From Thermoplasmatota archaeon (GTDB taxonomy: Archaea > Thermoplasmatota > Penumbrarchaeia > Penumbrarchaeales > Penumbrarchaeaceae): DNA of 64,000 bases. Location: the NCBI GenBank assembly GCA_049472215.1, contig JBLIRH010000003.1:7084-71083 (forward strand), given 5' to 3'. The position numbers and the translations under genes were made by a program. A model generated the notes under the pieces. It was not told where the DNA came from and made no database searches. It worked only from the letters and a program-made list of their open reading frames with translations. Positions within the stretch are counted from its first letter, which is position 1; each line of letters opens with the position of its first letter. This document shows, in pieces, positions 55,738 through 64,000 of this stretch.

Positions 55738-58700
55738 ATGACATGCCCGGGAGCGAGGAGAAGTCTACTGGTCGTACTGCTTGCGATTATTGTCCTGCCC
55801 GTGATCTCATTCGTTCATGTTCAGGGGGACGGTGGGTATATACCCATGATGAACATCAATGTCTACGAACCTGGTCAGAACGCGATCATCTGCTGGAACG
55901 GTGAGCAGGAAAGGATGTATCTGTCGATTAACATCTATGCGGACGAACCGACAGAAGGTATCCATTTCGTACCGTTTCCCTCACTTCCCAGGGTCTCCCT
56001 GGGCGATTTCGAGACCTTCGAGAACATGGAACGGGTCTTCCTCCGGGAACTTGATTTCCATAGTTTCGATAATTACAACAGCGACGGTACCAGCGGTGGA
56101 GGGGGAGGTGAAGAAAAGAGCTTCGAGGTAAAGTTCACCGCAACGCTCGGAAGCCACAGCATCACGGTGATCGAGGTTGTAGACCCTGAAGATTTCAAGG
56201 ACCAGATCAATGAGCTCATGGAGCAGGTGGGATCGACCATAGAGGCATGGCCGACCGGTCTTGAGGACGTTATTGTTGGATACTGCAACAAGGGATACAG
56301 CTACTTCGCGATCGACCGGTTCCAGATAGGCAACGAACCCGGGTCCGTCGAGCCCCTGATATACGATTTCAAGAGCAGGGAGCTCGTCTTCCCTCTCGAG
56401 ATATCATCGATCTTGAAGGGGCAGACGAGCGTGAAGCTTGCGCTGATCACATCTGAGGACCATCCTATCGACATCTCCGGGGTAATTGGTAAATATGGTA
56501 AGAAGGGGGAGGGGATCCTATCTCTATCCGATGTGCTCGAGGTCGATCCATCCCTGGACAAGCTGTTCGACGGTCGTTGTATCGGCCAGTATTTCGAGAT
56601 GCGATTGAACCTTCCTGATCTCAAAGGGGACTTCATTATCTCGACCCTTCCAGGAGTGTCATGGTGCATGGCAGGAAAGGCGACAGCGGAATATAGTTCC
56701 CACAACGGTCTGGGCCAGTCGCAGCTTCTAGTCTACGAAAGAACATTTTATCCTGATGAGGATGGGATCAGACTTGTGGATGAGACAAACGGGGAGGTCC
56801 TTTGGGAAGTCGGACCGATGAGAGAAATGGCAGCGATATATGATCACAAGTTCACAAGGAATGCTATCTTCGATGACCTGAACGGCCTGGGTGGACCCGA
56901 GGTCATACTGATAGATTCCACCTACAACCGAACATGCTACGAAACCTACGTCACCAGGCTCGATCCCGTCGATGGATTGACTTTATGGAGCAGGAAAGTC
57001 CCTAACCGATCCTACAGTGGGGGATACCTTCATCTGACCGGATACGATCAGACACTTCTGGTGCTTTATTCTACTTCGGATATCCTTGTCATCTCACTTC
57101 AGACGGGGAGCTTTTGGAACAGTTCATCATACTCCAACGTTCTAGGGTCAGCATCGCTTTCGGCTGTCAGCACCAAAGAAGCCGATATGGTGCTCCTTGA
57201 GAACACAAAGTACAGAATGACATCCGTCATAGATCCCTGGAAGGATCCGATAGAGACCCTGTGGTCCGTTCCTGAAAATGTGTATACCACCGTTCATTTC
57301 GGAGCGGAGGACCTTCTCCTCTTCAAGGATAACGATCTCTACAGGTTCAGGGAATGCCTGAACGGCTCCATAGTGAATTCGTACAGGACCGGCAACAACA
57401 TGATCGGGTGCTATGTTGATGAAGCTGCACCTGGCTGGCTCTACGGGATAACCTTGACGTACGATTATCCGAACCTGGTTGTCGATAAGGTCTCCATCTC
57501 CCACAAGAACATCAATTGGACATCGAGTATAGGACCGGGTATCGGAACACCAGCGGGAATGGACCAGTACTCCTGCACTTACACTGACATAAACTCCGAC
57601 GGAGTATGCGAGATCGTTGTATACATTCCGAGCACGACAAACCCATACGTAGCCGGATACGTTCCGAGCAAGCTGTCGACCTTCGTTCTTGACGGCGTTA
57701 ACGGAAGCCTCCTCTTCAACTCCCCGGGAAAGCTAATGGGCATAATGGACGGCACCCCTTCAAGGGCCCCGCAGATCTGTCTGAACGAGATGTACCATAT
57801 CAGCATTCACAACCTGAGAAGCGGAGATCGTCTGGTGAGTGCTGAAAAACATTTCCCATTATCCGGCGAGGTCCTCAGGTCGATGAGGGATATCAATGAT
57901 GACGGTTTCACGGACATCATCACAACGACGTACAATCGCTCATACTATGACTATTATTATAGTATTAAACACGGCGATGCATTCATCAACGGATACACAC
58001 AGAAATGCGAGAGGTTCGTTGAGATCGACACATCCACAGCCTATCAGTTCGGGTCGATCCTCTCAGGAGCCGATGGGAGGATACTATACCGGGAAGGGTA
58101 TAGACTGTATTCCAGGGCCGTGGAGTCCAGACTTATGATGCAAGCCGACAGCGATGAGGTTTACATTGACGGTACTTTGAGGTTCTTCCTTAAGGCGGGA
58201 GATGGAGCGATCCCTGCGGATATCGAGGACATCGAGCTATCAAGCAGCCTCGCGATGGGAATGTTCGTCAACCTGAAGCAGCTGCTTCCGGGGCTCTATT
58301 CATTCGAATGGAAGGCCCCCCAGACCTACACCGGAGAGGTCACAATAAAAGCAAGGGTTCTTGTCGAAGGGGTCCCGGTTTCGGAAGCAAAGACGACCGT
58401 CATAGTGAAGAAAAGGACCGATGTGAACGAGGACATTTCAATGCTCTCCTCCCAGGCATCGATAAGTGCCAGATCAGTGAACATCAACGAACCGGTCCTC
58501 GTGGAGGTGGATATCGGGGGGCAGCATGATCCGTTGCTGCTGACCCTCAAGTTGACGGACCTCAGCCTATGCGGCATGGTCTCACAACCGATCATGACCC
58601 TCGAGAACAGATATGTAGGCTCTTTCATACCTGTCAGGGAGGTCGAGATAGCAAGCCTGCTCCTCGAGGTCAGATATGGTGAAGAGCTGGTCCTTAGAAG

Positions 58701-59550
58701 GCTCTGGGCCATCGAGGTCCTTGAAAGGGTGGAGATCGAACATGAAAAGGAGGATCATTTGGCCATCGGTGATCCACAGGTCTTCCCGAGGGTCCTGGCG
58801 CCCGAAGGATCGTCACTGATCTTCATACCATTTTCGGGAACTGACAGACATGACGACATCAGGGTCATCTGCGACGATGACGGGAGGGGAGGATCTTTCT
58901 CGAACCTGCGGATACTCATGGGTTCGTTGATAGTCCTCGATTACCACGCTCCGTCGACCGAGGGCTCCGTCGCCATAACCGCAGTCGTATATCTGGAAGC
59001 GGACCCTGTGGGTTCGGTGAATACATGGCTGTCGGTCGTTGAGGATCCAAAGGTGGAGCCTCGATCACCCACTGGACTTTTCGTTTCATATCGGACCGTA
59101 AGGAGCGGAAGCATCTGGCAGCCGACAACGGATATTTTCATCACCGTCACGCGGGATGAAAAGTTGCTGGAGAGCATCAACTACATTCAGGTGAACAGTA
59201 TCGGTGGGATCAATGTCGATCAGGGTACGGCATACGATGATATCACCCTTCATCTGGTAGCAAAGCACTCGGTAGCTGTCCTGGGTCCCATTCAGATCCT
59301 TATCTGGGATGAGTTCGGAACATCGCAGATAATCGATATTTACCTGAACGAGACCCCAGTCTCAAAGGAGGAAGGACCGGTGGAAGAACCCGGACCGCAA
59401 AATGAGAATGGTGAAAATACAGATTGGTACCTGCCAGGAGCGATCATTGCCACCTTGGCAATGGCCCTTGTATTGATCGTGATCTCTGCTGCACTATGGG
59501 ACCGAATGAGGAACGATGGGTTCGCTGGTCCGCCCGAGCGTAAGAAATGA
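55738..59550 (+). CDS. Giant surface protein: signal peptide, DUF2330-like N-domain (tentative), FG-GAP/beta-propeller-like middle, C-terminal TM
   Basis: 1270 aa. Signal (LLVVLLAIIVLPVISFVHVQG). GGYIPMMNINVYEPGQNAIICWNGEQERMYLSINIYADEPTEGIHFVPFPSLP resembles the DUF2330 N-terminal pattern. FG-GAP-like motifs (DINSDGVCEIVVY, DINDDGFTDIITT). C-terminal TM (LPGAIIATLAMALVLIVISAAL). Confidence 0.55.
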   Translation: MTCPGARRSLLVVLLAIIVLPVISFVHVQGDGGYIPMMNINVYEPGQNAIICWNGEQERMYLSINIYADEPTEGIHFVPFPSLPRVSLGDFETFENMERVFLRELDFHSFDNYNSDGTSGGGGGEEKSFEVKFTATLGSHSITVIEVVDPEDFKDQINELMEQVGSTIEAWPTGLEDVIVGYCNKGYSYFAIDRFQIGNEPGSVEPLIYDFKSRELVFPLEISSILKGQTSVKLALITSEDHPIDISGVIGKYGKKGEGILSLSDVLEVDPSLDKLFDGRCIGQYFEMRLNLPDLKGDFIISTLPGVSWCMAGKATAEYSSHNGLGQSQLLVYERTFYPDEDGIRLVDETNGEVLWEVGPMREMAAIYDHKFTRNAIFDDLNGLGGPEVILIDSTYNRTCYETYVTRLDPVDGLTLWSRKVPNRSYSGGYLHLTGYDQTLLVLYSTSDILVISLQTGSFWNSSSYSNVLGSASLSAVSTKEADMVLLENTKYRMTSVIDPWKDPIETLWSVPENVYTTVHFGAEDLLLFKDNDLYRFRECLNGSIVNSYRTGNNMIGCYVDEAAPGWLYGITLTYDYPNLVVDKVSISHKNINWTSSIGPGIGTPAGMDQYSCTYTDINSDGVCEIVVYIPSTTNPYVAGYVPSKLSTFVLDGVNGSLLFNSPGKLMGIMDGTPSRAPQICLNEMYHISIHNLRSGDRLVSAEKHFPLSGEVLRSMRDINDDGFTDIITTTYNRSYYDYYYSIKHGDAFINGYTQKCERFVEIDTSTAYQFGSILSGADGRILYREGYRLYSRAVESRLMMQADSDEVYIDGTLRFFLKAGDGAIPADIEDIELSSSLAMGMFVNLKQLLPGLYSFEWKAPQTYTGEVTIKARVLVEGVPVSEAKTTVIVKKRTDVNEDISMLSSQASISARSVNINEPVLVEVDIGGQHDPLLLTLKLTDLSLCGMVSQPIMTLENRYVGSFIPVREVEIASLLLEVRYGEELVLRRLWAIEVLERVEIEHEKEDHLAIGDPQVFPRVLAPEGSSLIFIPFSGTDRHDDIRVICDDDGRGGSFSNLRILMGSLIVLDYHAPSTEGSVAITAVVYLEADPVGSVNTWLSVVEDPKVEPRSPTGLFVSYRTVRSGSIWQPTTDIFITVTRDEKLLESINYIQVNSIGGINVDQGTAYDDITLHLVAKHSVAVLGPIQILIWDEFGTSQIIDIYLNETPVSKEEGPVEEPGPQNENGENTDWYLPGAIIATLAMALVLIVISAALWDRMRNDGFAGPPERKK

Positions 59551-59560
59551 GCAGGTTGGA

Positions 59561-59908
59561 TCAAAGTTCCAAGGAGTTCTCCCAGACCCCGTGGATATTG
59601 CAGTATGAGGTCGCGATAAGGGATTTGAAATCAGATAATGGTATGTGGAAATCCGCGCTCGGCTCTGTATAGGACGGGGCGAAGTTCACCTTTCCGAGGT
59701 CTATGACCATTCCATTATCCTTGATCCCCATGAGCTGGGCCCAGACGATGTGGTGCTCTACCAGGTTTGGATGAGCGATCTCCTTGCCCACTATTATCCT
59801 GACTACGTCCTTCCCGCCTTTTCCCTCACCTTTGCATATCTCGATCTGTGGGACGTGCTTCTCCTTTCCCTCGTTCTCGCCGGTCTTGTAAACATCGCAT
59901 GTCTTCAT
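59561..59908 (-). CDS. sor: Superoxide reductase (1Fe-SOR/neelaredoxin type)
   Basis: GKEKHVPQIE, GKEIAHPNLVEHHIVW, YTEP and SYCNIHGVWEN match the Fe-ligand motifs of Pyrococcus-type SOR. I prefer the internal Met at 59908; the track ORF extends to 59965. Confidence 0.9.
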   Translation of the reverse strand: MKTCDVYKTGENEGKEKHVPQIEICKGEGKGGKDVVRIIVGKEIAHPNLVEHHIVWAQLMGIKDNGMVIDLGKVNFAPSYTEPSADFHIPLSDFKSLIATSYCNIHGVWENSLEL

Positions 59909-60040
59909 CCTTTTCACCTTCCCTGTTTTGCCTGAACGGGACTTGGAAGAGATAAAGGTATTCATAGTATGAATTCCTGAAATGTTAAGTGGTCAGGCTA
60001 TCACTAAATCATTTATTAAGATAGAGAACGATGGGGGGCC

Positions 60041-61441
60041 ATGGACAGGAGACTGGTGTTCGGTATTCCGGCCGTGGTCATCGCCGCGATACTGGTAACG
60101 ACAGTCGTCATCTCTGTTGATTCGATCATCGGTAATGATAGTTCCTATAGGATCATCGATTTCGACACCGAACTCGCAGGTACACACGTGCGAAAGCTCG
60201 TCCAATGGGGGCCGCGGATGACCGGATCCGAGGCAGAGGGGATGGGGGCAGATTATATTGCCCAGCAGTTCACCGACGCCGGGCTCGAGGATGTCCATAT
60301 CGAGACCTATCAGGTCCCCCTTTTCGAGGTAGGGATCGCGGAACTCTCCCTTGTGGAGTATTACCCCCTCAAGAACCTTCCAAGACCATTCGGCCAGACA
60401 ATGGAGTTCACCCATATGGAGGAATTCGTGCTCCAGGGTTATTCAGGATCCCTGGCCTGGTCCGATTTCAGGGACGATCTCGAGGTGGTCAACATAGGCA
60501 ACGGCAGCGATCCCGGTTCCTACTCGAGAAGCCGTGGAATGGTGTGCTTCGTCGAGCAAACAGCGGATACACCGGGAAATGTGGAGGTCTACGAGAATGC
60601 CTATTCTGCCGGAGCAAGGGCCATAATCCTTCAGAACATAATGAGAGGCGAGGAGATCGGATACCTCCCCATGTTCAAGACGAGCCAGTACCACGAACCT
60701 GACCAGGCTGCAAGGGACATCCCCTTCATGATGGTGTCGAAAGCCTGTGGTGATGACATATTGACCAGGACGTCAGGCAACTTCAAACTGCGGATGAACA
60801 TAGACGTTCGCACACAGAACATGGACTGCAGGGTCGTGGTAGGGGACCTGAAGGGAAGTCGAGATGACGGGATGATCGTTTTCGGCGCCCATCACGACAC
60901 ATGTTACAATACCGTGGGAGTTGTCGACAACACTGTGGGACCGGCAACCCTGATCGAGATCGCCAGGGGGATGAGCGGAGAGAACACGAAGAACACCATA
61001 AGGTTCGCGACCTTTGGTGGAGAGGAGGAGGGGCTTTACGGCTCCATCGCCTACTATAACGCCCACAAGGCCGAGTTCCAGGGCACGATCGATCTTTACA
61101 TCAATTTCGACATGGCGCACGTCGACCCCGACACCACCAGCTTCACAATAACAACCACATCCAACTCGACCATACCTGTCCTGAAGGACATCAGGGATGA
61201 CCTGGTAAGGTCGGAGCCGGTTCTTGGCAAATATGATATCAACGTGGTCTACAACGATATGACATGGGCCGCTTCGGACCATTGGCCCTTCGTCAACGGG
61301 GGGCATGAGGCGATGGGAGGTTGGGGATCCGGATGCATCGAATATCACACCTACAAGGACGACCTCACCAACCTCAACGAGGAATCACTCCAGATCGGCG
61401 GAAGGATCTTGGGCAGCTATGCTCTTATGAAGGCGAGCTGA
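60041..61441 (+). CDS. M28-family aminopeptidase with PA domain, N-terminal membrane anchor
   Basis: Zn-ligand blocks GAHHDTCYNTVGVVDNTVGPATLIEIARGM and FATFGGEEEGLYGSIAY. N-terminal TM (VFGIPAVVIAAILVTTVVI). Confidence 0.85.
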   Translation: MDRRLVFGIPAVVIAAILVTTVVISVDSIIGNDSSYRIIDFDTELAGTHVRKLVQWGPRMTGSEAEGMGADYIAQQFTDAGLEDVHIETYQVPLFEVGIAELSLVEYYPLKNLPRPFGQTMEFTHMEEFVLQGYSGSLAWSDFRDDLEVVNIGNGSDPGSYSRSRGMVCFVEQTADTPGNVEVYENAYSAGARAIILQNIMRGEEIGYLPMFKTSQYHEPDQAARDIPFMMVSKACGDDILTRTSGNFKLRMNIDVRTQNMDCRVVVGDLKGSRDDGMIVFGAHHDTCYNTVGVVDNTVGPATLIEIARGMSGENTKNTIRFATFGGEEEGLYGSIAYYNAHKAEFQGTIDLYINFDMAHVDPDTTSFTITTTSNSTIPVLKDIRDDLVRSEPVLGKYDINVVYNDMTWAASDHWPFVNGGHEAMGGWGSGCIEYHTYKDDLTNLNEESLQIGGRILGSYALMKAS

Positions 61442-61456
61442 TCGATCTTCCTTCAG

Positions 61457-62278
61457 GTGAAATATTATTACCCCCAACACCATGTTACCTTAGGGGGAAT
61501 TCGATTGAAGGACAACGGGAACGGGGTATTCCGTAAACTGAGGATATTCAATCTGGTAATGGCCGTCCTACACTTTCTTCAGGGTCTGGTGATGGTCATC
61601 ATCAGCAACGACTTTACCATCGAGGTCACGAGGGGATATCTTGATTTCGACCCTGTGACGGAGCGGTTGTTCCCGGAAACGGCGAACGTCCTCGATATCC
61701 GGTTGGGGCCGCTGATCGCATCGTTCCTTTTCATGTCATCCGTCGCTCATTTCCTGATCGGGACCGGGCTCTACAAGAGATACGTGAAGGACCTGAGGAA
61801 AGGAATGAACCGCTTCCGCTGGTACGAGTACTCGATCAGTGCTTCCGTAATGATAGTGGCCATCGCAATGCTGACCGGCATTTATGACCTGGGGACCCTC
61901 TTGCTGATCTTCTTCATGAACCTCATGATGATACTGTTCGGTCTTCGAATGGAGGTCCATAACCAGGGCCGGGAACATCTGGATTGGTCCCCCTTCATAT
62001 ACGGGTGCATTGCAGGGGTGATCCCATGGATAGCGATCGGAATACACCTCTTCGGTGCAGGCGGAGGGGATGGCGGTCCTCCGACCTTCGTTTATTACAT
62101 CTACGGTTCCATCGCGGTCTTCTTCAATTGTTTTGCCATAAACATGGTGCTTCAATACAAGAAGGTCTGGAAGTGGAAGAACTACCTTTTCGGTGAGACA
62201 GTATACATCATCCTCAGCCTCGTGGCCAAATCGCTTCTGGCCTGGCAGGTGTTCGCCGGGACGCTCAGACCCGGATAA
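61457..62278 (+). CDS. Heliorhodopsin
   Basis: 7-TM protein with the blocks I recall from heliorhodopsin 48C12: LRIFNLVMAVLHFLQG (vs FNRIAGVFHLLQM), NRFRWYEYSISASVMIV (vs FRWVEYSLSSSVMIV, Glu counterion), YGCIAGVIPWIAIG (vs FGCIAGIVPWIGLL), and YIILSLVAKSLLAWQVFAGTLRP (vs YIVLSLVAKSALAWQIFSGTLIP, retinal Lys). The start is GTG 61457, or TTG 61505 after a GGGGG motif. Confidence 0.9.
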   Translation: MKYYYPQHHVTLGGIRLKDNGNGVFRKLRIFNLVMAVLHFLQGLVMVIISNDFTIEVTRGYLDFDPVTERLFPETANVLDIRLGPLIASFLFMSSVAHFLIGTGLYKRYVKDLRKGMNRFRWYEYSISASVMIVAIAMLTGIYDLGTLLLIFFMNLMMILFGLRMEVHNQGREHLDWSPFIYGCIAGVIPWIAIGIHLFGAGGGDGGPPTFVYYIYGSIAVFFNCFAINMVLQYKKVWKWKNYLFGETVYIILSLVAKSLLAWQVFAGTLRPG

Positions 62279-62284
62279 GCGTGA

Positions 62285-63199
62285 TCATAGGACGACTCGA
62301 TCCAGCCTGTGAAGTCCTGAATCCAGAACTAACTTCACCGCTCTGAGATATTCGTCCCTGGAGGGTCTCCTTCCCATTCCCTCGCATTCCATGGCCTTGT
62401 ATTCCGGCCTGTACTGTCCCATCACGTTGATGTAGGTGTCCTTTGAGACCTCATCGGAAAGGAACCTTGCGATCTTTTCTGTTCCCGCCAGATCGTTCGG
62501 CAGGACAAGATGCCTGACAAGCAGTCCTTTCTCAGCTACTCCTCTCTCGTCCATAATGAGGTCTCCCACCTGCCGATGCATCTCCCTGATGGCAGCGAAA
62601 TTTACTTCTGGGTACTTTTCAACGCGGGAAAGCCTCCTGCCCACGGAAGGGTCAGAGTACTTCATATCCGGCATGTAGATGTCCACTATACCCTCGAGGA
62701 CCCGCAGGACCTCGAGAGGATCGTAACCTCCCGTATTATAGACAATGGGAAGTTCGAAACCCCGCATGCATGCTATTTCCAGGGCTTCAAGGACCTGCGG
62801 TACGACATGGGTTGGTGAGACGAGGTTGAGATTATGGCAGCCAAAGCCCTGGACACGCATCATTAAAGAGGCAAGGCGTTCAGCGTCCGCAACCTCTCCT
62901 GTCACCTTCTGGCTTATATCCCAGTTCTGGCAGAACCTGCATCCGAGATTGCATCCCGAGAAGAAGATCGTCCCGGACCCGTTCCTTCCCACAAGTGGAC
63001 CCTCCTCACCAAAATGGGGGCCGCAGCTCGAAACCACCGCATAACGCCCGATCCTGCAAAACCCTTTTTCATCTTTTAACCGGTCGACCCCGCACTTCCT
63101 TGGACATAAACGGCAATCTACCATCATTTCCAGTGCGAGGTCCCTACGTCGTTCAAGCTCTCCCGATCGAAAGAGTTTTACATAGGACGCGACGGACAT
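62285..63199 (-). CDS. Radical SAM protein, PflX-like (pyruvate formate-lyase activase-related, COG1313-type)
   Basis: CxxxCxxC motif in FFSGCNLGCRFCQNWDIS, with an additional N-terminal Cys cluster (CRLCPRKCGVDR). Confidence 0.7.
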   Translation of the reverse strand: MSVASYVKLFRSGELERRRDLALEMMVDCRLCPRKCGVDRLKDEKGFCRIGRYAVVSSCGPHFGEEGPLVGRNGSGTIFFSGCNLGCRFCQNWDISQKVTGEVADAERLASLMMRVQGFGCHNLNLVSPTHVVPQVLEALEIACMRGFELPIVYNTGGYDPLEVLRVLEGIVDIYMPDMKYSDPSVGRRLSRVEKYPEVNFAAIREMHRQVGDLIMDERGVAEKGLLVRHLVLPNDLAGTEKIARFLSDEVSKDTYINVMGQYRPEYKAMECEGMGRRPSRDEYLRAVKLVLDSGLHRLDRVVL

Positions 63200-63282
63200 A
63201 CGACCCTCATGGGACTATGGAGATTTGAAGTTGGCCTCCTTCATCAATCATCTTTTTATATGGATATCAAAGTTGAGGGAAC

Positions 63283-64000
63283 ATGGTATCCCTGCGGGAA
63301 CTGGGGAACAGCCTTGCGTTCATAACGGGAGGTTCAAGCGGCATCGGCCTCGCCACCGCCAAAATCTTGGCCTCCAAGGGTTGCCGGATCATTCTTGCTG
63401 CCAGGGACCCTGTCAAACTGAAAAAGGGACGATCGAAGATCGATGGTGTTCTGGACACGATCTCCCTGGATGTCTCATGTTGGAAAGAGGTGGAAGCGGC
63501 CTGTCAGAGAACGATAGAGACCCATGGTGTCCCGAACATCATAATCAATTCCGCGGGTATCGTGCATCCAGGAACACTTGACAATCTGAAATTGGACCAG
63601 ATAGACGATATGATAGATATCGATCTCAAAGGTACTATGTACGTATGCAGGGCCTTTGGTGGGAAAATGGATTCCCCCGGACACATAGTCAATATATCTT
63701 CGATGGCAGGTGTGATCGGCCTTTACGGATATACGGCCTACAGTGCCGCCAAGTTCGGGATCTGGGGATTCTCCGAGGCGTTGAGGATGGAGATGAATCC
63801 CAAGGGCATAGGGGTCTCAGTGATATTTCCGCCGGATACACAGACACCCCAGCTGGATTTTGAGAACCGCACCAAACCGCAGGAACTCAAAGAGATATCA
63901 GGGACCATCAGCCCGATACCCCCTGAAAAAGTGGCGAAGGCCATCCTATCCGCAATTGTCTCCGGGGAGTTCATGGTATTTCCTGACGCTTCATCGAGGG
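63283..64000 (+). CDS. Short-chain dehydrogenase/reductase (SDR), partial; runs off the window end
   Basis: Absent from the ORF track because no stop lies in the window. My own translation from ATG 63283 gives MVSLRELGNSLAFITGGSSGIGLATAKILA... It has the TGxxxGxG cofactor motif, NSAG, and the catalytic S...YSAAK. Confidence 0.85.
   Translation, partial: MVSLRELGNSLAFITGGSSGIGLATAKILASKGCRIILAARDPVKLKKGRSKIDGVLDTISLDVSCWKEVEAACQRTIETHGVPNIIINSAGIVHPGTLDNLKLDQIDDMIDIDLKGTMYVCRAFGGKMDSPGHIVNISSMAGVIGLYGYTAYSAAKFGIWGFSEALRMEMNPKGIGVSVIFPPDTQTPQLDFENRTKPQELKEISGTISPIPPEKVAKAILSAIVSGEFMVFPDASSR

Noticed and set aside
12273-62278. A functional link between the heliorhodopsin and glnA, since HeR-glutamine synthetase interaction has been reported for other organisms.
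   Set aside because: The genes are about 48 kb apart with about 35 unrelated genes between them, so there is no positional support.

Overview
Gene-dense 64-kb window, roughly 90% coding by eye, that reads as an archaeal chromosome segment. Evidence for archaeal origin: an initiator-type tRNA-Met with an A1:U72 pair, archaeal-type FtsZ, a FlaI/ArlI-type ATPase, a ThiR-like HTH+ThiN regulator, form III RuBisCO, a Csa3-like CARF-wHTH regulator, 1Fe superoxide reductase, HTH_10 and tandem Lrp/AsnC regulators, and GGAGG-like ribosome-binding sites. Lineage cannot be assigned without a database search; the content resembles sediment or marine Thermoplasmatota-like genomes. I call about 46 CDS and 3 tRNAs (Glu-UUC, Phe-GAA, initiator Met-CAU). 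I see no rRNA, CRISPR array, transposase or integrase. Housekeeping and metabolic genes: glnA, MtaB-like methylthiotransferase, an overlapping thiR-thiB-thiP-thiQ operon, dCMP deaminase, ftsZ, pepF, rbcL (form III), pnp, SOR, an M28 peptidase, a radical SAM PflX-like gene and an SDR. Seven large membrane-anchored surface proteins stand out (FG-GAP/VCBS beta-propellers, a transglutaminase core, Ig-like arrays). Candidates most worth follow-up: (1) an XPD/Rad3-like protein that keeps four Fe-S-type cysteines but has lost Walker A, DEAH and motif VI. It is closely coupled to an MBL-fold gene and divergent from a Csa3-like regulator whose promoter carries a 7-mer inverted-repeat array. (2) A pair of zinc-ribbon-capped coiled-coil proteins, one built from about 8 modules of roughly 100 aa. 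(3) ftsZ followed 14 nt later by a protein with 10 tandem CxxCxGxG repeats. (4) A heliorhodopsin directly downstream of the M28 peptidase. (5) A bacterial-type PNPase divergent from RuBisCO. (6) A 23-nt duplication of the tRNA-iMet 3' end enclosing a highly structured ~150-nt segment. All functional calls come from motif recognition by eye. No searches or computations were run.
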